From assembly GCA_963706575.1 (NCBI GenBank), contig CAVPNL010000005.1:32001-96000 (forward strand): 64,000 bases of DNA. The letters are read 5' to 3'. The position numbers and the translations under genes were made by a program. The DNA comes from an uncultured delta proteobacterium (GTDB taxonomy: Bacteria > Desulfobacterota > Desulfobacteria > Desulfobacterales > JAHEIW01). Every line of letters begins with the position of its first letter. The stretch's first letter is position 1. Of this stretch, positions 1 through 10,246 are shown piece after piece. The notes under the pieces were generated by a model. The model was not told where the DNA came from and searched no databases. It saw only the letters and a program-made list of their open reading frames with translations.

Positions 1-311
1 GCCGCAATCACCGGTTTCGGGCCGGTTTCAATGGAGGTTAGAAATTGGTTGTTTTTCTCGAGTTTCGGCAAAAGCTCGTCTTTGGTCCTGACATCTTTGA
101 TCTGGGTAATGTCGGCGCCGGCAATAAAATTTTTTGCGCTACCGGTCAAAACAATGGCCTTAACCGCCTCATCACCACAAGCTTCAGTGAATGCTTCCGC
201 CAGCTCCTGAACGAAATGTTGCGAAAGCTGATTGACCGGCGGATTGTCCATGGTGAACACCGCGACGGAATCGTTCAATTCAACCTTGATGGTTTTGTAA
301 TCTGTTTTCAT
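1..311 (-). CDS. Enoyl-CoA hydratase/crotonase domain protein (possibly the N-terminus of a FadB-like multifunctional enzyme); runs off the left edge
   Basis: Manual translation from ATG at 311: MKTDYKTIKVELNDSVAVFTMDNPPVNQLS...VLTGSAKNFIAGADI...GPKPVIA. Contains crotonase motifs; GAGGG RBS upstream. Absent from the ORF track because it is open-ended. Confidence 0.9.
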   Translation of the reverse strand, partial: MKTDYKTIKVELNDSVAVFTMDNPPVNQLSQHFVQELAEAFTEACGDEAVKAIVLTGSAKNFIAGADITQIKDVRTKDELLPKLEKNNQFLTSIETGPKPVIA

Positions 312-368
312 TTTTCCCTCTCTATCCACGTTCAAAGGTTCAAATGTTTAGGGTCAATAGATAAGTAA

Positions 369-537
369 TGAGTGCTGAGGACTGAGCAAAAAACTTTTCT
401 TCCAAGAGACCATTTCACATGACCTGTCGTTTTCCGCCATGAATCGTCCTCCTGGGACCATGAGTCGTCCCTTTGCGTCATGAGCTGGCATGGATTTTTA
501 TTTCTTTCAATTTCGATATACCTCAGTCCTCAGTCCT
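369..537. repeat. Inverted heptamer-repeat cassette (TGAGGAC)n/(GTCCTCA)n
   Basis: TGAGTGCTGAGGACTGAG (369-386) pairs with CTCAGTCCTCAGTCCT (522-537). The same unit recurs at 37861-37885. Confidence 0.7.
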
Positions 538-565
538 ATGTTTTGACACCTGAAACCCTTTTATC

Positions 566-2383
566 TTAAAGACCGCCAAATCCTTCATCTGGAATCTGAA
601 TGGCCGCTGCACATCCATCGGCGATGGCATTCATTTTTCCCATTGTTGCCGCTAGTTCGGTACGGATAAAAAATTCGGCGGTTTTGATCTGGCCCTCATA
701 GAATGCATTATCTTTTTTCTTGGTGCTGTTCGATAATTGGGTGGCTGCCGTCAAAGCCCGCCACAGAAGCATCCAGGCCATAATTGTGTCACCAATAACA
801 TACAAAAAAGGCAGGGAGTGGGCAAATGCCACCTTAAATTCAGCGGACATGGCCTTTTTACCCAGATGCAGGGCGACCTCACCGAGGCGGTTAGCAGCAG
901 CCTCGACCTTAATGGCCAGTTCTTGGGTTTGTTCAATCTGCTTTGCCTGCGCAACTGTTTTTTGAACTTCGCCGAGAAAATTCATGAATACCGCACCCTC
1001 TTTCATGCCAAGCTTTCGTCCGAGCATATCGAGGGCCTGAATGCCGCTGGTGCCTTCATAAATGGAAGTGATTTTGCAATCTCGAGCATATTGCTCAACC
1101 AGGTAATCTTTTGTATAGCCGGCACCGCCAAAGAGCTGAATGGACTGGATGCAGACTTCATGACCTTTAACAGCCATATAATCTTTTACCACCGGTGTGA
1201 GCATCGAAAAAAGGTCGCCATGACGCTCACGGTCTTCGGCTTTTTCACCAATCTTGCCTTTGGTTGCGAGCACCGTCATATAATAAAAAAAGCTGCGCAT
1301 CCCGTCCACATAGGATTTCATCCACAAAAGGTTGCGACGTACATCGGGGTGTTTAATAATTGTGACCGACGGCGCATTGTGATCGGCAAAATCCGCCAGA
1401 TCTCTTCCCTGGACGCGCTCACGGGCGTAATTGACCGACAGCATGTAAGCCGCTGAAGCATATGTCAATCCCTGAAGGCCGGTGCTCATGCGGGCACCGT
1501 TGATCATGTTGAACATGATTTTCATGCCTTCACGTTCCTGACCCAGCAAATAGCCGATGCATTTGCCCTTGCTGCCCAGCGTCATGGAGCAGGTGGCGCT
1601 GGCATGAATGCCGTGTTTTTCCTCGACCCCCGAGCAGGCAATGTCATTGCGATCGCCCAGGCTGCCGTCATCATTGACAAAAAATTTGGGAACCAGAAAC
1701 AAGGAGATACCCTTGGTCCCCGCAGGATCGCCTTCAATACGCGCCAGAACGGGGTGGATGATGTTTTCAGCCAAATCATGTTCACCGTTGGTAATAAAGA
1801 TCTTGTTGCCGTTCAACGAGTAGCTGTTGTCCGCGTTTTTAGTGGCAGTGGTGGTGAGAGCCCCGACATCAGAACCGGCTTCAGGCTCGGTGAGCAGCAT
1901 CGTACCGCCCCATTCCGCCGAAGTCAGCTTCTTGACGTATGTCTCTTTTTGTTCCGAGGTGCCGTATAATTGAATCATGTTGGCGGTGCCGTTTCCCATG
2001 GTGGCGTAACAAAATAGCGGCCAGTTCGCACTCAAAAAGTATTCAGCCGCCGCTGCACCTAAAAAGGCCGGAGCCCCCTGGCCGCCCATTTCCGCCGGCA
2101 CACTGAGGTTGTTCCATTCCCCTTCTTTTACCAGCTCAAACACCCGGTGAAAGCTCTGGGGCACCTTTACATTCCCGTTTTCATAGCGGACCCCTTCGGT
2201 GTCCCCTTCGGCCAGCAGTGGCAACAGCTCCTTTATGGCCAATGCCCGGGCTTCATTGATGATCAGGGTACAGGCTTTTTTGTTAAATTCCTTATAAGAT
2301 TCATGATTGAGAATATCCGCACAGTTTATTTGCTCCCAGATGACAAAATCCTGGTCACGTCTATCCACCAGCTGTTGTGCCAT
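566..2383 (-). CDS. Acyl-CoA dehydrogenase (long, ~600 aa type with C-terminal extension)
   Basis: Motifs LTEPEAGSDVG, GNKIFITNGE, FGGAGY, IYEGTSGIQALD. Confidence 0.95.
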   Translation of the reverse strand: MAQQLVDRRDQDFVIWEQINCADILNHESYKEFNKKACTLIINEARALAIKELLPLLAEGDTEGVRYENGNVKVPQSFHRVFELVKEGEWNNLSVPAEMGGQGAPAFLGAAAAEYFLSANWPLFCYATMGNGTANMIQLYGTSEQKETYVKKLTSAEWGGTMLLTEPEAGSDVGALTTTATKNADNSYSLNGNKIFITNGEHDLAENIIHPVLARIEGDPAGTKGISLFLVPKFFVNDDGSLGDRNDIACSGVEEKHGIHASATCSMTLGSKGKCIGYLLGQEREGMKIMFNMINGARMSTGLQGLTYASAAYMLSVNYARERVQGRDLADFADHNAPSVTIIKHPDVRRNLLWMKSYVDGMRSFFYYMTVLATKGKIGEKAEDRERHGDLFSMLTPVVKDYMAVKGHEVCIQSIQLFGGAGYTKDYLVEQYARDCKITSIYEGTSGIQALDMLGRKLGMKEGAVFMNFLGEVQKTVAQAKQIEQTQELAIKVEAAANRLGEVALHLGKKAMSAEFKVAFAHSLPFLYVIGDTIMAWMLLWRALTAATQLSNSTKKKDNAFYEGQIKTAEFFIRTELAATMGKMNAIADGCAAAIQIPDEGFGGL

Positions 2384-2468
2384 GATTTTAAAAACTCCTT
2401 TCTTTAGCTTATCCGCTTAGACTGCAGACTGACTTTAGCCCTATGGCGTATGGGTTAATGAGCGCATA

Positions 2469-2488
2469 ACGTGTAGTGCGCTACACGT
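2469..2488. promoter_or_regulatory. Candidate operator palindrome in the divergent promoter region
   Basis: ACGTGTAG-tgcg-CTACACGT has perfect 8-bp arms; back-to-back TTGACA boxes lie at 2517-2522 (-) and 2542-2547 (+). Confidence 0.45.
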
Positions 2489-2637
2489 GAATATACCTAA
2501 ATATATTGAAAAAAAATGTCAATAAATAATTTATTTTTTCCTTGACATTTTTTTGGGCCTTGGATTAATTGATGATCATACGGGCAACATCATTTGATAA
2601 TCTGGCGCCTACCCGCCATAATTGCTTTAGGGAAAAA

Positions 2638-3345
2638 ATGAAGATCAGCTCCGTGGTTAAACGTACTGGCGTACCCAAAGAAACCATTCATTTTTATATT
2701 CGCGAAGGGTTACTTCGCAAGCCCCGCAAATCCGGGGTTAATATCGCCGATTATACCGAAAATCACGTCAAACAAATTCGGTTTATCAAAGAACTGCGGG
2801 ATAATTTTTATTTTCCGATTCCTTTGATCAGGAAAATTGTCCGGAAAGTCAAAAAGCAACCCTCTTCTGATCGGGCTTTTTTTGAACTTCATGGCAAATA
2901 TTTTCGTCCGGCAGACCGGATGCTTAATGAAGAAATTGTCGGAAGGGACGAATTTCACCAAACCACCGGTCTGGGCCGCAAATGGATCCACAAGGCCGAA
3001 GAATGGGGACTCATCGAGCCGCAAGTGCAAGACGGACAACCCGTTTATTCACTGGATGACATCGCCATCGGTAAATTGATGGTTGATATGGACCGTATCG
3101 GTTTTGGCCCCAAAGATGGTCACGACCCCGAGGATCTGCGCTACATCGCCGATTTCGTTAAGGAGTTTGTAGTAAACAGTTTTAAAAAATATTACCGGAC
3201 GAATCTGGAAAAATTGTCTGCGACGGATTTTGACCAGAAACGGAACCAGTTTCATGAAGTCATCAGCCTTTTTTTCTATCATCTATATCGTAAATATGCG
3301 CGGCAGACCATCCACCACCTGCTTGAATCCGAAGACAATGATTAA
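2638..3345 (+). CDS. MerR-family transcriptional regulator
   Basis: MKISSVVKRTGVPKETIHFYIREGLL is a MerR HTH. ATG at 2638 is preferred over the TTG at 2569. Confidence 0.9.
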   Translation: MKISSVVKRTGVPKETIHFYIREGLLRKPRKSGVNIADYTENHVKQIRFIKELRDNFYFPIPLIRKIVRKVKKQPSSDRAFFELHGKYFRPADRMLNEEIVGRDEFHQTTGLGRKWIHKAEEWGLIEPQVQDGQPVYSLDDIAIGKLMVDMDRIGFGPKDGHDPEDLRYIADFVKEFVVNSFKKYYRTNLEKLSATDFDQKRNQFHEVISLFFYHLYRKYARQTIHHLLESEDND

Positions 3346-3598
3346 ATGCCATGATCGAACTTTTTCCCAATCTCATATTTCTAGCCTATCCCGATTTTCC
3401 GGATCTGATGCGTGGTTTGAGCTTGTTCTCATTGAAAAGCATCTTGAACGACTAAAAACCATGGGAAAAGTTAAACAAATAAACGATAGGTGGTTGGCAA
3501 CAGCGAGTTGATCTCTGAAAATACCGGCCGCATAACCGACGCGACCGTTTATGCAAGCAGCGATTCACCGGTCAATGGGGGATCGCAAGGAGGAATCA

Positions 3599-5245
3599 AT
3601 GGCGGAGAAGACTTACCAACCCGGAGAAAACTATAATTATCCCCTTATTATTAAAAAGCTGCTCAACACCCCGTTGATCTATTCGCCCGACCAGGAAATA
3701 GTATACGATGACAAGAATCGTTATACCTATCGAACTTTGAATGAACGCATCAACCGGCTGGCAAGTGGTCTAGAAAAATTCGGTGTAGCCAAGGGGGACG
3801 TTGTCGCCGTATTTGATTATGACAGTCATCGCTACCTGGAATGTTTTTTTGCGATTCCGATGATGGGAGCGGTGCTTCAGACGATAAACTGGCGGTTATC
3901 TGTCGATCAGATTTTATACACGCTCAACCATGCAGAGGCGAAAGTTATCATCATCCATGCTGAGTTTCTACCGATTCTGGAAAACATAAAAAACAAATTA
4001 GAAACCGTTAAGAAGTTTGTCGTAATTGACGAGGACGCCGATGTCAGCGGCTCACAATTAAGAGTTGATGCAGTGTACGAGCAATTACTGCAATCCGGAT
4101 CAACTGACTATGAATTTCCGGATCTGGACGAAAACACCAAAGCCACAACCTTTTACACCACCGGTACCACCGGCAATCCAAAAGGAGTATATTTTTCCCA
4201 CCGACAGTTGATGCTGCACACCCTTGGGGTGAGTATCGTTTCCGGCTGCTATCACACCCTCGGCCGTTTTCGATCCGATGATGTCTATATGCCGCTAACA
4301 CCCATGTTTCATGTCCATGCCTGGGGATTTCCCTATGTGGCCACCCTGCTGGGTGCCAAACAGGTTTATCCCGGCCGTTACGAGCCGGAGAGACTCCTGA
4401 AGTTAATCGAAAAGGAAGGGGTCACCTATTCACACTGCGTGCCCACCATTTTGCAGATGCTTTTAAGCTGCCCGACAATTAACCAGGTGGATCTGTCCAA
4501 TTGGAAGGTCACCATCGGCGGTGCCCGACTGCCGAGAGGCCAAGCCCGGGCCGCAAAAGACCTCGGTATCGAAATTCATGCCGGCTACGGCATGTCGGAG
4601 ACCTGCCCGGTCATCAGCACCGCAACCCCGATGGAGAACATGCTCGATTGGGAAGACGACGCCTTGCTGGACATCATCATCAAAACCGGACGGCCGCTGC
4701 CGCTGGTGGAATTTGAGGTTTTCGATGCAAACGAAAAAGCCCTGCCCCACGACGGGCAATCATCGGGCGAGGTGGTCATGCGAGCTCCCTGGCTGACCAA
4801 AAGCTATTTCAAGGAACCGGCTAAGACAAGGGAGCTGTGGCGCAGCGGCTGGCTGCACAGCGGCGACGTGGGATACATTGATGAAAATGGCTACCTGCAG
4901 ATTACCGACCGTATCAAAGATGTCATCAAAAGCGGCGGGGAGTGGATATCCTCTTTGGACCTGGAAAACCTGTTGAGCCAGCATGAAGCGGTGCTGGAAT
5001 CGGCCGCCATCGGCATTCCGGATGAAAAATGGGGAGAGCGGCCGCTAATGATTGTGACCTTAAAGCCGGAATATAAGGGCAAAGTCACGGGTGAGGAATT
5101 TAAACAATTTATGCAAAAATTTGCCGAAGATGGAAAATTGCCCAAATACGGCGTGCCGGAACTTTACGAATTCGTAGATGAGATTCCTAAAACCAGCGTG
5201 GGGAAATTGGATAAGAAGGAATTAAGAAGATTTTATGTTGAATAA
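3599..5245 (+). CDS. Fatty-acid--CoA ligase (AMP-binding, medium/long chain)
   Basis: Motifs [57 protein letters not shown] precedes ATG 3599. Confidence 0.95.
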   Translation: MAEKTYQPGENYNYPLIIKKLLNTPLIYSPDQEIVYDDKNRYTYRTLNERINRLASGLEKFGVAKGDVVAVFDYDSHRYLECFFAIPMMGAVLQTINWRLSVDQILYTLNHAEAKVIIIHAEFLPILENIKNKLETVKKFVVIDEDADVSGSQLRVDAVYEQLLQSGSTDYEFPDLDENTKATTFYTTGTTGNPKGVYFSHRQLMLHTLGVSIVSGCYHTLGRFRSDDVYMPLTPMFHVHAWGFPYVATLLGAKQVYPGRYEPERLLKLIEKEGVTYSHCVPTILQMLLSCPTINQVDLSNWKVTIGGARLPRGQARAAKDLGIEIHAGYGMSETCPVISTATPMENMLDWEDDALLDIIIKTGRPLPLVEFEVFDANEKALPHDGQSSGEVVMRAPWLTKSYFKEPAKTRELWRSGWLHSGDVGYIDENGYLQITDRIKDVIKSGGEWISSLDLENLLSQHEAVLESAAIGIPDEKWGERPLMIVTLKPEYKGKVTGEEFKQFMQKFAEDGKLPKYGVPELYEFVDEIPKTSVGKLDKKELRRFYVE

Positions 5246-5250
5246 TTTAG

Positions 5251-5466
5251 AAACCGCGGAATAAATCATCAGCGACTGCATCGTGCAAACTCATGCATAA
5301 GGGGCCGTAACGAAAGAACAGAAATTAAATATAAAATAATGGATAACTGTAAAAACAACATCATGTCCAAAAGCCGCATTGCGATTATTCGCTGTTCTTT
5401 CGCAACGTCCCCTAATGCATTCAAACAGTGCACGATTTCGCTGCTGATAATTCATTCCGCTTTTTG
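5251..5466. mobile_element. Long imperfect inverted-repeat element (MITE-like or structured RNA)
   Basis: Arms 5256-5321 and 5392-5460 are largely complementary; TTAG is directly repeated at 5247-5250 and 5467-5470. Confidence 0.6.
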
Positions 5467-5586
5467 TTAGGATTTGAATTAACGACTCGGCGACCTTTGA
5501 TGCAATTGACGGGTGGGTGAAATTTCTTAATTCTCAGCGTTCCATGATGCATTCAGATAATGATGGCAGGTTATAAGGAGGCGGTT

Positions 5587-6384
5587 ATGACCATAGATGG
5601 GCGGCTTAAGGACAAGGTGGCCATTATCACCGGGGCGGCCAGCGGCATCGGCAAAGCAACCGCAGTTTTATTCGCCAAAGCAGGTGCCCGGCTCGCACTG
5701 GCGGATATTGATGCAGCGGGGTTAAAAGCAGTTGCGAATCACATTGCCAGAGCCGGCGGAACCACAATCACAAAAAAGACAGACGTGTCTAATGAAAAAG
5801 AGGTTGAAGCGCTGGTCGCGCGTGCTTTAAAAACCTATTCAAAAGTCGACATTGTTTGTAACATTGCCGGTGTAGCCGGAGACCTGGCAGACCTCGACCA
5901 ACAGGATAAAAATGTTTGGAAGCAGGTCTATGATGTGAATGTCATGGGGGCGGTATGCACCACAAAATATGTTTGCCTGCATATGCAGCAGAGAAAGTCG
6001 GGATCCATTGTAAATGTTTCATCTGTAGCCGGTATTCGATCCGGAGCCGGCGGAAATGCTTACAGTGCCAGCAAGGCAGCACTCATTAATTTTACCCAGA
6101 CAGCCGCCTGTGATTTGGGCGGATACAATGTTCGAGTAAACGCCGTTTGCCCCGGTTTGATTGAAACCGGCATGACCCAATCGATTTTTGATTATGCCAG
6201 GAAAAGCGGCAAGGAGAATAAACTGGGTAGTCGATGTGAATTGAGGCGATACGGCAGGCCTGAAGAGGTGGCCCATGTCATTTTGTTTCTGGCCGGCGAC
6301 GAAGCCAGCTATGTGACCGGACAGGCGCTACCGGTCGATGGCGGTAATACGGCATCATTAAATTTACCCGGTATGAAAGTTTAG
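5587..6384 (+). CDS. Short-chain dehydrogenase/reductase (classical SDR)
   Basis: TGAASGIG, YSASK, VRVNAVCPG, TGQALPVDGG. AAGGAGG RBS precedes ATG 5587. Confidence 0.95.
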   Translation: MTIDGRLKDKVAIITGAASGIGKATAVLFAKAGARLALADIDAAGLKAVANHIARAGGTTITKKTDVSNEKEVEALVARALKTYSKVDIVCNIAGVAGDLADLDQQDKNVWKQVYDVNVMGAVCTTKYVCLHMQQRKSGSIVNVSSVAGIRSGAGGNAYSASKAALINFTQTAACDLGGYNVRVNAVCPGLIETGMTQSIFDYARKSGKENKLGSRCELRRYGRPEEVAHVILFLAGDEASYVTGQALPVDGGNTASLNLPGMKV

Positions 6385-6644
6385 AAGTGGTTTCAGAACC
6401 CCATCTCCCCGCTATATGAAGCGGGATTTCGCATCTAATTGAAAGATTATTAAAGGAGCTCAAAAGGCCCAATGGCTGCGTTGTAGACCTCCGATAAATG
6501 CTCACATACCCACATGTATGCTGAGAACAACGACTTTCTCGATCGGCCTGCGCCTTGATGCATACATTAATTTATTAAGATCAGATATGTAATCCCGCTT
6601 AGCGGGGCCCTTGAACCTGATCTGAGGCTCTGAAACCACTTCTA
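6382..6644. mobile_element. MITE-like element family A, long variant
   Basis: Perfect 16-bp TIRs TAGAAGTGGTTTCAGA/TCTGAAACCACTTCTA. Core is homologous to 26566-26712 and 27281-27427, with internal insertions. Confidence 0.85.
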
Positions 6645-6659
6645 ATCCCTGGAACGATT

Positions 6660-7550
6660 ATGGCAAAAACGACTGCAAACGGCATCCAGATCGAATACGA
6701 CACTTTTGGTAGGCCCGGCGAGCCTCCACTGCTTTTAATTGTGGGCCTGGCTTGCCAGCTTATTCATTGGGATGAGGCCTTGTGCGAACAACTGGCGCGG
6801 CGCGGCCATTATGTGATTCGATTCGATAACCGCGATACGGGCCTTTCAACTAAATTGGCAGAGGGCGGCATACCCGATATCGGGCAAATCAGCAAAGCAC
6901 AGATGAAGGGTGAAGAGATCAGACCTCCGTACACGATCGAAGACATGGCGGACGATGCGGTGGGGTTGCTGGATGCTTTGGAAATCGAAAAGGCGCATAT
7001 CTGCGGCATATCAATGGGGGGAATGATTGCCCAGACAATCGCGCTGAATCATCAGCAGCGGATGCTAAGCCTTATTTCGATATACAGTCATACGGGCGAT
7101 CCCGCGCTTCCGCCGCCGACACCCGAGGCATTGGAATACTTGCTCACACCGCCACCCATGGAACGCGAAGCCAACATCACCTATACTCTTGATGTATGGC
7201 GCACGTTTTCAGGCAAAGGATTTTTGCTGGACCAGGATTGGCACCGAAAAATAGCTGCTCAAGCCTATGACCGATCATTTTACCCTGAAGGTGTGGCCCG
7301 TCAGATGGCGGCCGTCGTAACTCAAAATAACCGTAAACCTGAACTGGGATCCGTCTCCGTGCCCACATTGGTGATTCACGGAGCCGATGACCCGCTGGTG
7401 CCGGTTGAAGGTGGCAAAGATACGGCTGAGGCAATACCGGGGGCTGAGCTGATAATCATTGACGGCATGGGGCACGACCTGCCGCATGATGGGGCCTGGC
7501 CGCAGATTGTCGATGCGATAGTAAATCACACACAAAAAATTTCCATCTGA
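6660..7550 (+). CDS. Alpha/beta-fold hydrolase
   Basis: RFDNRDTGLS, nucleophile elbow GISMGG, HGADDPL, GMGHD. Confidence 0.93.
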   Translation: MAKTTANGIQIEYDTFGRPGEPPLLLIVGLACQLIHWDEALCEQLARRGHYVIRFDNRDTGLSTKLAEGGIPDIGQISKAQMKGEEIRPPYTIEDMADDAVGLLDALEIEKAHICGISMGGMIAQTIALNHQQRMLSLISIYSHTGDPALPPPTPEALEYLLTPPPMEREANITYTLDVWRTFSGKGFLLDQDWHRKIAAQAYDRSFYPEGVARQMAAVVTQNNRKPELGSVSVPTLVIHGADDPLVPVEGGKDTAEAIPGAELIIIDGMGHDLPHDGAWPQIVDAIVNHTQKISI

Positions 7551-7582
7551 TACCAAAATAATTTTTTGATCGAGGAGGCCTT

Positions 7583-8248
7583 ATGGAGCTGCAGGAAGCC
7601 GTACTCGGGCGACGAAGCATTCGTCAATTTTTGCCCAAGCCCGTATCAGATCAATTGATTCATGACCTTATCGCTAAATCCCTTTGGTCGCCTTCCTGGG
7701 GCAACACCCAGCCATGGGAGATCGTTGTGGGGGCCGGTGAACCGCTTGCAGAATTTAAGAAGAAAAATCGAGACGCATTCTTAGAAGGTAAGAAATCGGA
7801 CACCGATATACCAATGCCACAGGTTTGGCCCGATCCTAATAAACTGAGATACAAGGAGCTGGGCAAAAGTGTTCTGGGGGCTCTTTCGATTGCAAGGGAA
7901 GACCAGCAGGCAAGGATCGACCATCTTGCCTGGATGTTTACCCTTTTTGATGCGCCTGCGGTGGTTATTTTTACCATAGACAAAAGCATTTTACTGGAAT
8001 ACGCCATGCTCGATGTGGGCCTGATACTGCAAACCTTCTGTCTGCTGGCACATGACAAAGGTTTAGGTACCTGTATTATGGCCGCGTCGGTTATGTACCC
8101 CGAAATTGCAAGGGAGGTATTCTCAATTCCTGAATCAAAATGTCTGGTGATGGGTGCTGCCCTCGGCTGGCCTGATACGGAGGCATCCGTGAATTCATTC
8201 AAAAGAAATAGGGGGCACCTGGAAGAATTCGTAAGATGGGTCGGTTAA
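7583..8248 (+). CDS. Nitroreductase family protein
   Basis: RRSIRQF, SPSWGNTQPW, GLGTC. GAGGAGG RBS. Confidence 0.92.
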   Translation: MELQEAVLGRRSIRQFLPKPVSDQLIHDLIAKSLWSPSWGNTQPWEIVVGAGEPLAEFKKKNRDAFLEGKKSDTDIPMPQVWPDPNKLRYKELGKSVLGALSIAREDQQARIDHLAWMFTLFDAPAVVIFTIDKSILLEYAMLDVGLILQTFCLLAHDKGLGTCIMAASVMYPEIAREVFSIPESKCLVMGAALGWPDTEASVNSFKRNRGHLEEFVRWVG

Positions 8249-8281
8249 AAAGTTGAACTTAAAGCGGGGAGTAAAAATATT

Positions 8282-8727
8282 ATGATTGATCCTGGATTAA
8301 AGGATAAAGTCGTACTTGTCACCGGGGGGAACAATCCCTTTGGTATTGGTGCCGCAATTGCCAGAGCCTTTGCTTCCCATGGCGCCCGTCTATTTATTCA
8401 TTACTTTCGCCAGGAAATCGATTTTTCTGACCCAGAACAGGGGGACAGTCGTTCGCAGGAGGCGGGATTAACATTTTTTTTTGAACAGCAACAAAAAACA
8501 GCCGATGAGGTGGTCGCATCCATTCGAAACGCTGGCGGTAAGGCGGAGTCCTGGGAGGGAGATCTGCGATACCCGCAAAACGTTCAGCGTCTATTTGAAC
8601 AAGCAGAAAAGGCGTTTGGGCAGGTTGATATTTTAGTGAATAATGCGGCCGAATATCTGGCAGATACCTTTCTCCCGGGCAATTAATCTTTGTACATGGT
8701 GGCCATCGGATGGATTTTGGGCAATGA
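8282..8727 (+). pseudogene. SDR oxidoreductase with an internal deletion
   Basis: The N-terminal half (VTGGNNPFGIG...DILVNNAA) stops at 8686. An SDR C-terminal motif GQLIFVHGGHRM follows immediately in another frame (8677-8727). The YxxxK segment is missing. Confidence 0.8.
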
Positions 8728-8756
8728 ATTCAACAATTCGCAGGATTGAACCTGAT

Positions 8757-9284
8757 CTACTCAACGGTTTGAGTCAGGCGAACCAGCATGACCGGTATCT
8801 CGCTGCGTCGCAGGACACGTCTTGTGGTGCTACCCAGGATCGCTTCTTCAAATTGTCTCCGTCCGTGATAGCCCATCACAATCAAATCGCATTTTCTCTC
8901 TTGTGTTAGACGTATGATTTCATCAACAACACTCCCGTGGGCAACAACAATTTCATCCATCGCAAACTCACATTCTTTATGATCTTTTTCAGCTTCTTTA
9001 CAGAACTCATCCAGGGCTTCCCTGATCAATGATCCTTCTTTTTGTTTGCCGATCAGGATTTGTCGGACCTGCTGCTCATGGCTTTCTCGCAGCCGCTGCC
9101 ATCTTTCTTCACCTAATATATTCTTTGGGTACGAGGTGGTGGTCCAGCGCGATTCCTCCATTACATGCAGAATGGTGACACTTGCTCCATATTGCATCGC
9201 AAGGCTAATGGCATAATCAAAAGCAAGGCGGGATTCTTTCGAAAGATTGGTCGTAAAAAGGATTTTTTTAATCTGCGGAACCAT
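8757..9284 (-). CDS. Universal stress protein
   Basis: KKILFTTNLS, DLIVMGYHG, LGSTTRRVLRRSEIPV. The start could alternatively be GTG at 9290. Confidence 0.92.
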   Translation of the reverse strand: MVPQIKKILFTTNLSKESRLAFDYAISLAMQYGASVTILHVMEESRWTTTSYPKNILGEERWQRLRESHEQQVRQILIGKQKEGSLIREALDEFCKEAEKDHKECEFAMDEIVVAHGSVVDEIIRLTQERKCDLIVMGYHGRRQFEEAILGSTTRRVLRRSEIPVMLVRLTQTVE

Positions 9285-9388
9285 ATTCACAGTCCTTTCT
9301 TCGCTTAGCTAGGTTATCGGAATAAGGTGCAAAATTATTTTAGATGGGTTGATGAACAATTGTCAATTCAAATTGATTTCGAGAATAT

Positions 9389-10214
9389 TTACTTCCAGGC
9401 GATCTTTGGGGGCTTGCGCTGGGGCAGGCGAAAGTATTTCGCCTTAGGGTATCCCAGCATCATCGGGTAATGGTGCGAATGGCCCTTGGGAAGACCGATG
9501 GCTTTTTGAAGCGGCGGCCAGGCCAGCAGCGCGCCTTTGAGTATTCCGGCCCAGCAAGTACCAAGCCCCATGCTGGGGGCTGCCAGTTCCAGGTAAGACA
9601 ACGCCAGGGTGAGATTTACCGTGCCGTTTAGATCTTCTTTGGGTGCCGAAGCCACAATTAAGACCGGTGCGCCCCTTAACACCGCATCATAACCGGCGTC
9701 CCAGGCGGCAACGATCCCGGGAATATAGGGAAATTTAGCGGATTGAGGGTCTTTTTCGAGCAAGGCCCGTGCCCAGTCTGCCGCCAGTTTGGCAAATTCT
9801 CTGACTGTATCCTTGTCGTTGAAAACCAGCCATTCAACTCAGCTGGGTGTTGCTGGCCGTGGGAGCATAGCGCGCAATCTCAATTAATCTCTGAATCTTT
9901 TGCTTTTCGACCGGCTTGTCTTTAAAAAAGCGGGTGGAACGGCGTGAGCGCAGAAACTGGACCACCTGTGCTTCATCGATGCCGAGCTCCTTTTGGATCG
10001 GTGAGCAATCATTTAGGGGAACCATTTTATGGCTGAGGGCTCCGTGTGGGCAGACCGCCACACAATGGCCGCAGGTTAAACAGGATTGTTCACCGCCCGG
10101 TACCATTTCCGGATAGCTTTCTTTGTCTTTGAGGCGGATAATGGCCGTGGGGCAGTCTCTGGCGCAGAATCCGTCTTGTTTGCATTTACTTTCGTCAACA
10201 ATTAGAAGGCTCAT
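9389..10214 (-). pseudogene. 4Fe-4S ferredoxin-nitroreductase fusion protein, single frameshift (possibly a sequencing error)
   Basis: CKQDGFCARDCP and CLTCGHCVAVCP, then RRSTRFF and APTASN. Removing one base near 9839 restores QLVEWLVFNDK...LLEKDP into the 9389..9763 frame (GLGTCW). Confidence 0.85.
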
Positions 10215-10246
10215 TATTACTTTCCTCTCTAAATTTAAACTGTAAA

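Noticed and set aside
9834..9836. In-frame TGA in the Fe-S nitroreductase as selenocysteine
   Set aside because: The protein continues in a different frame after a one-base insertion, and the position is not a Cys site.
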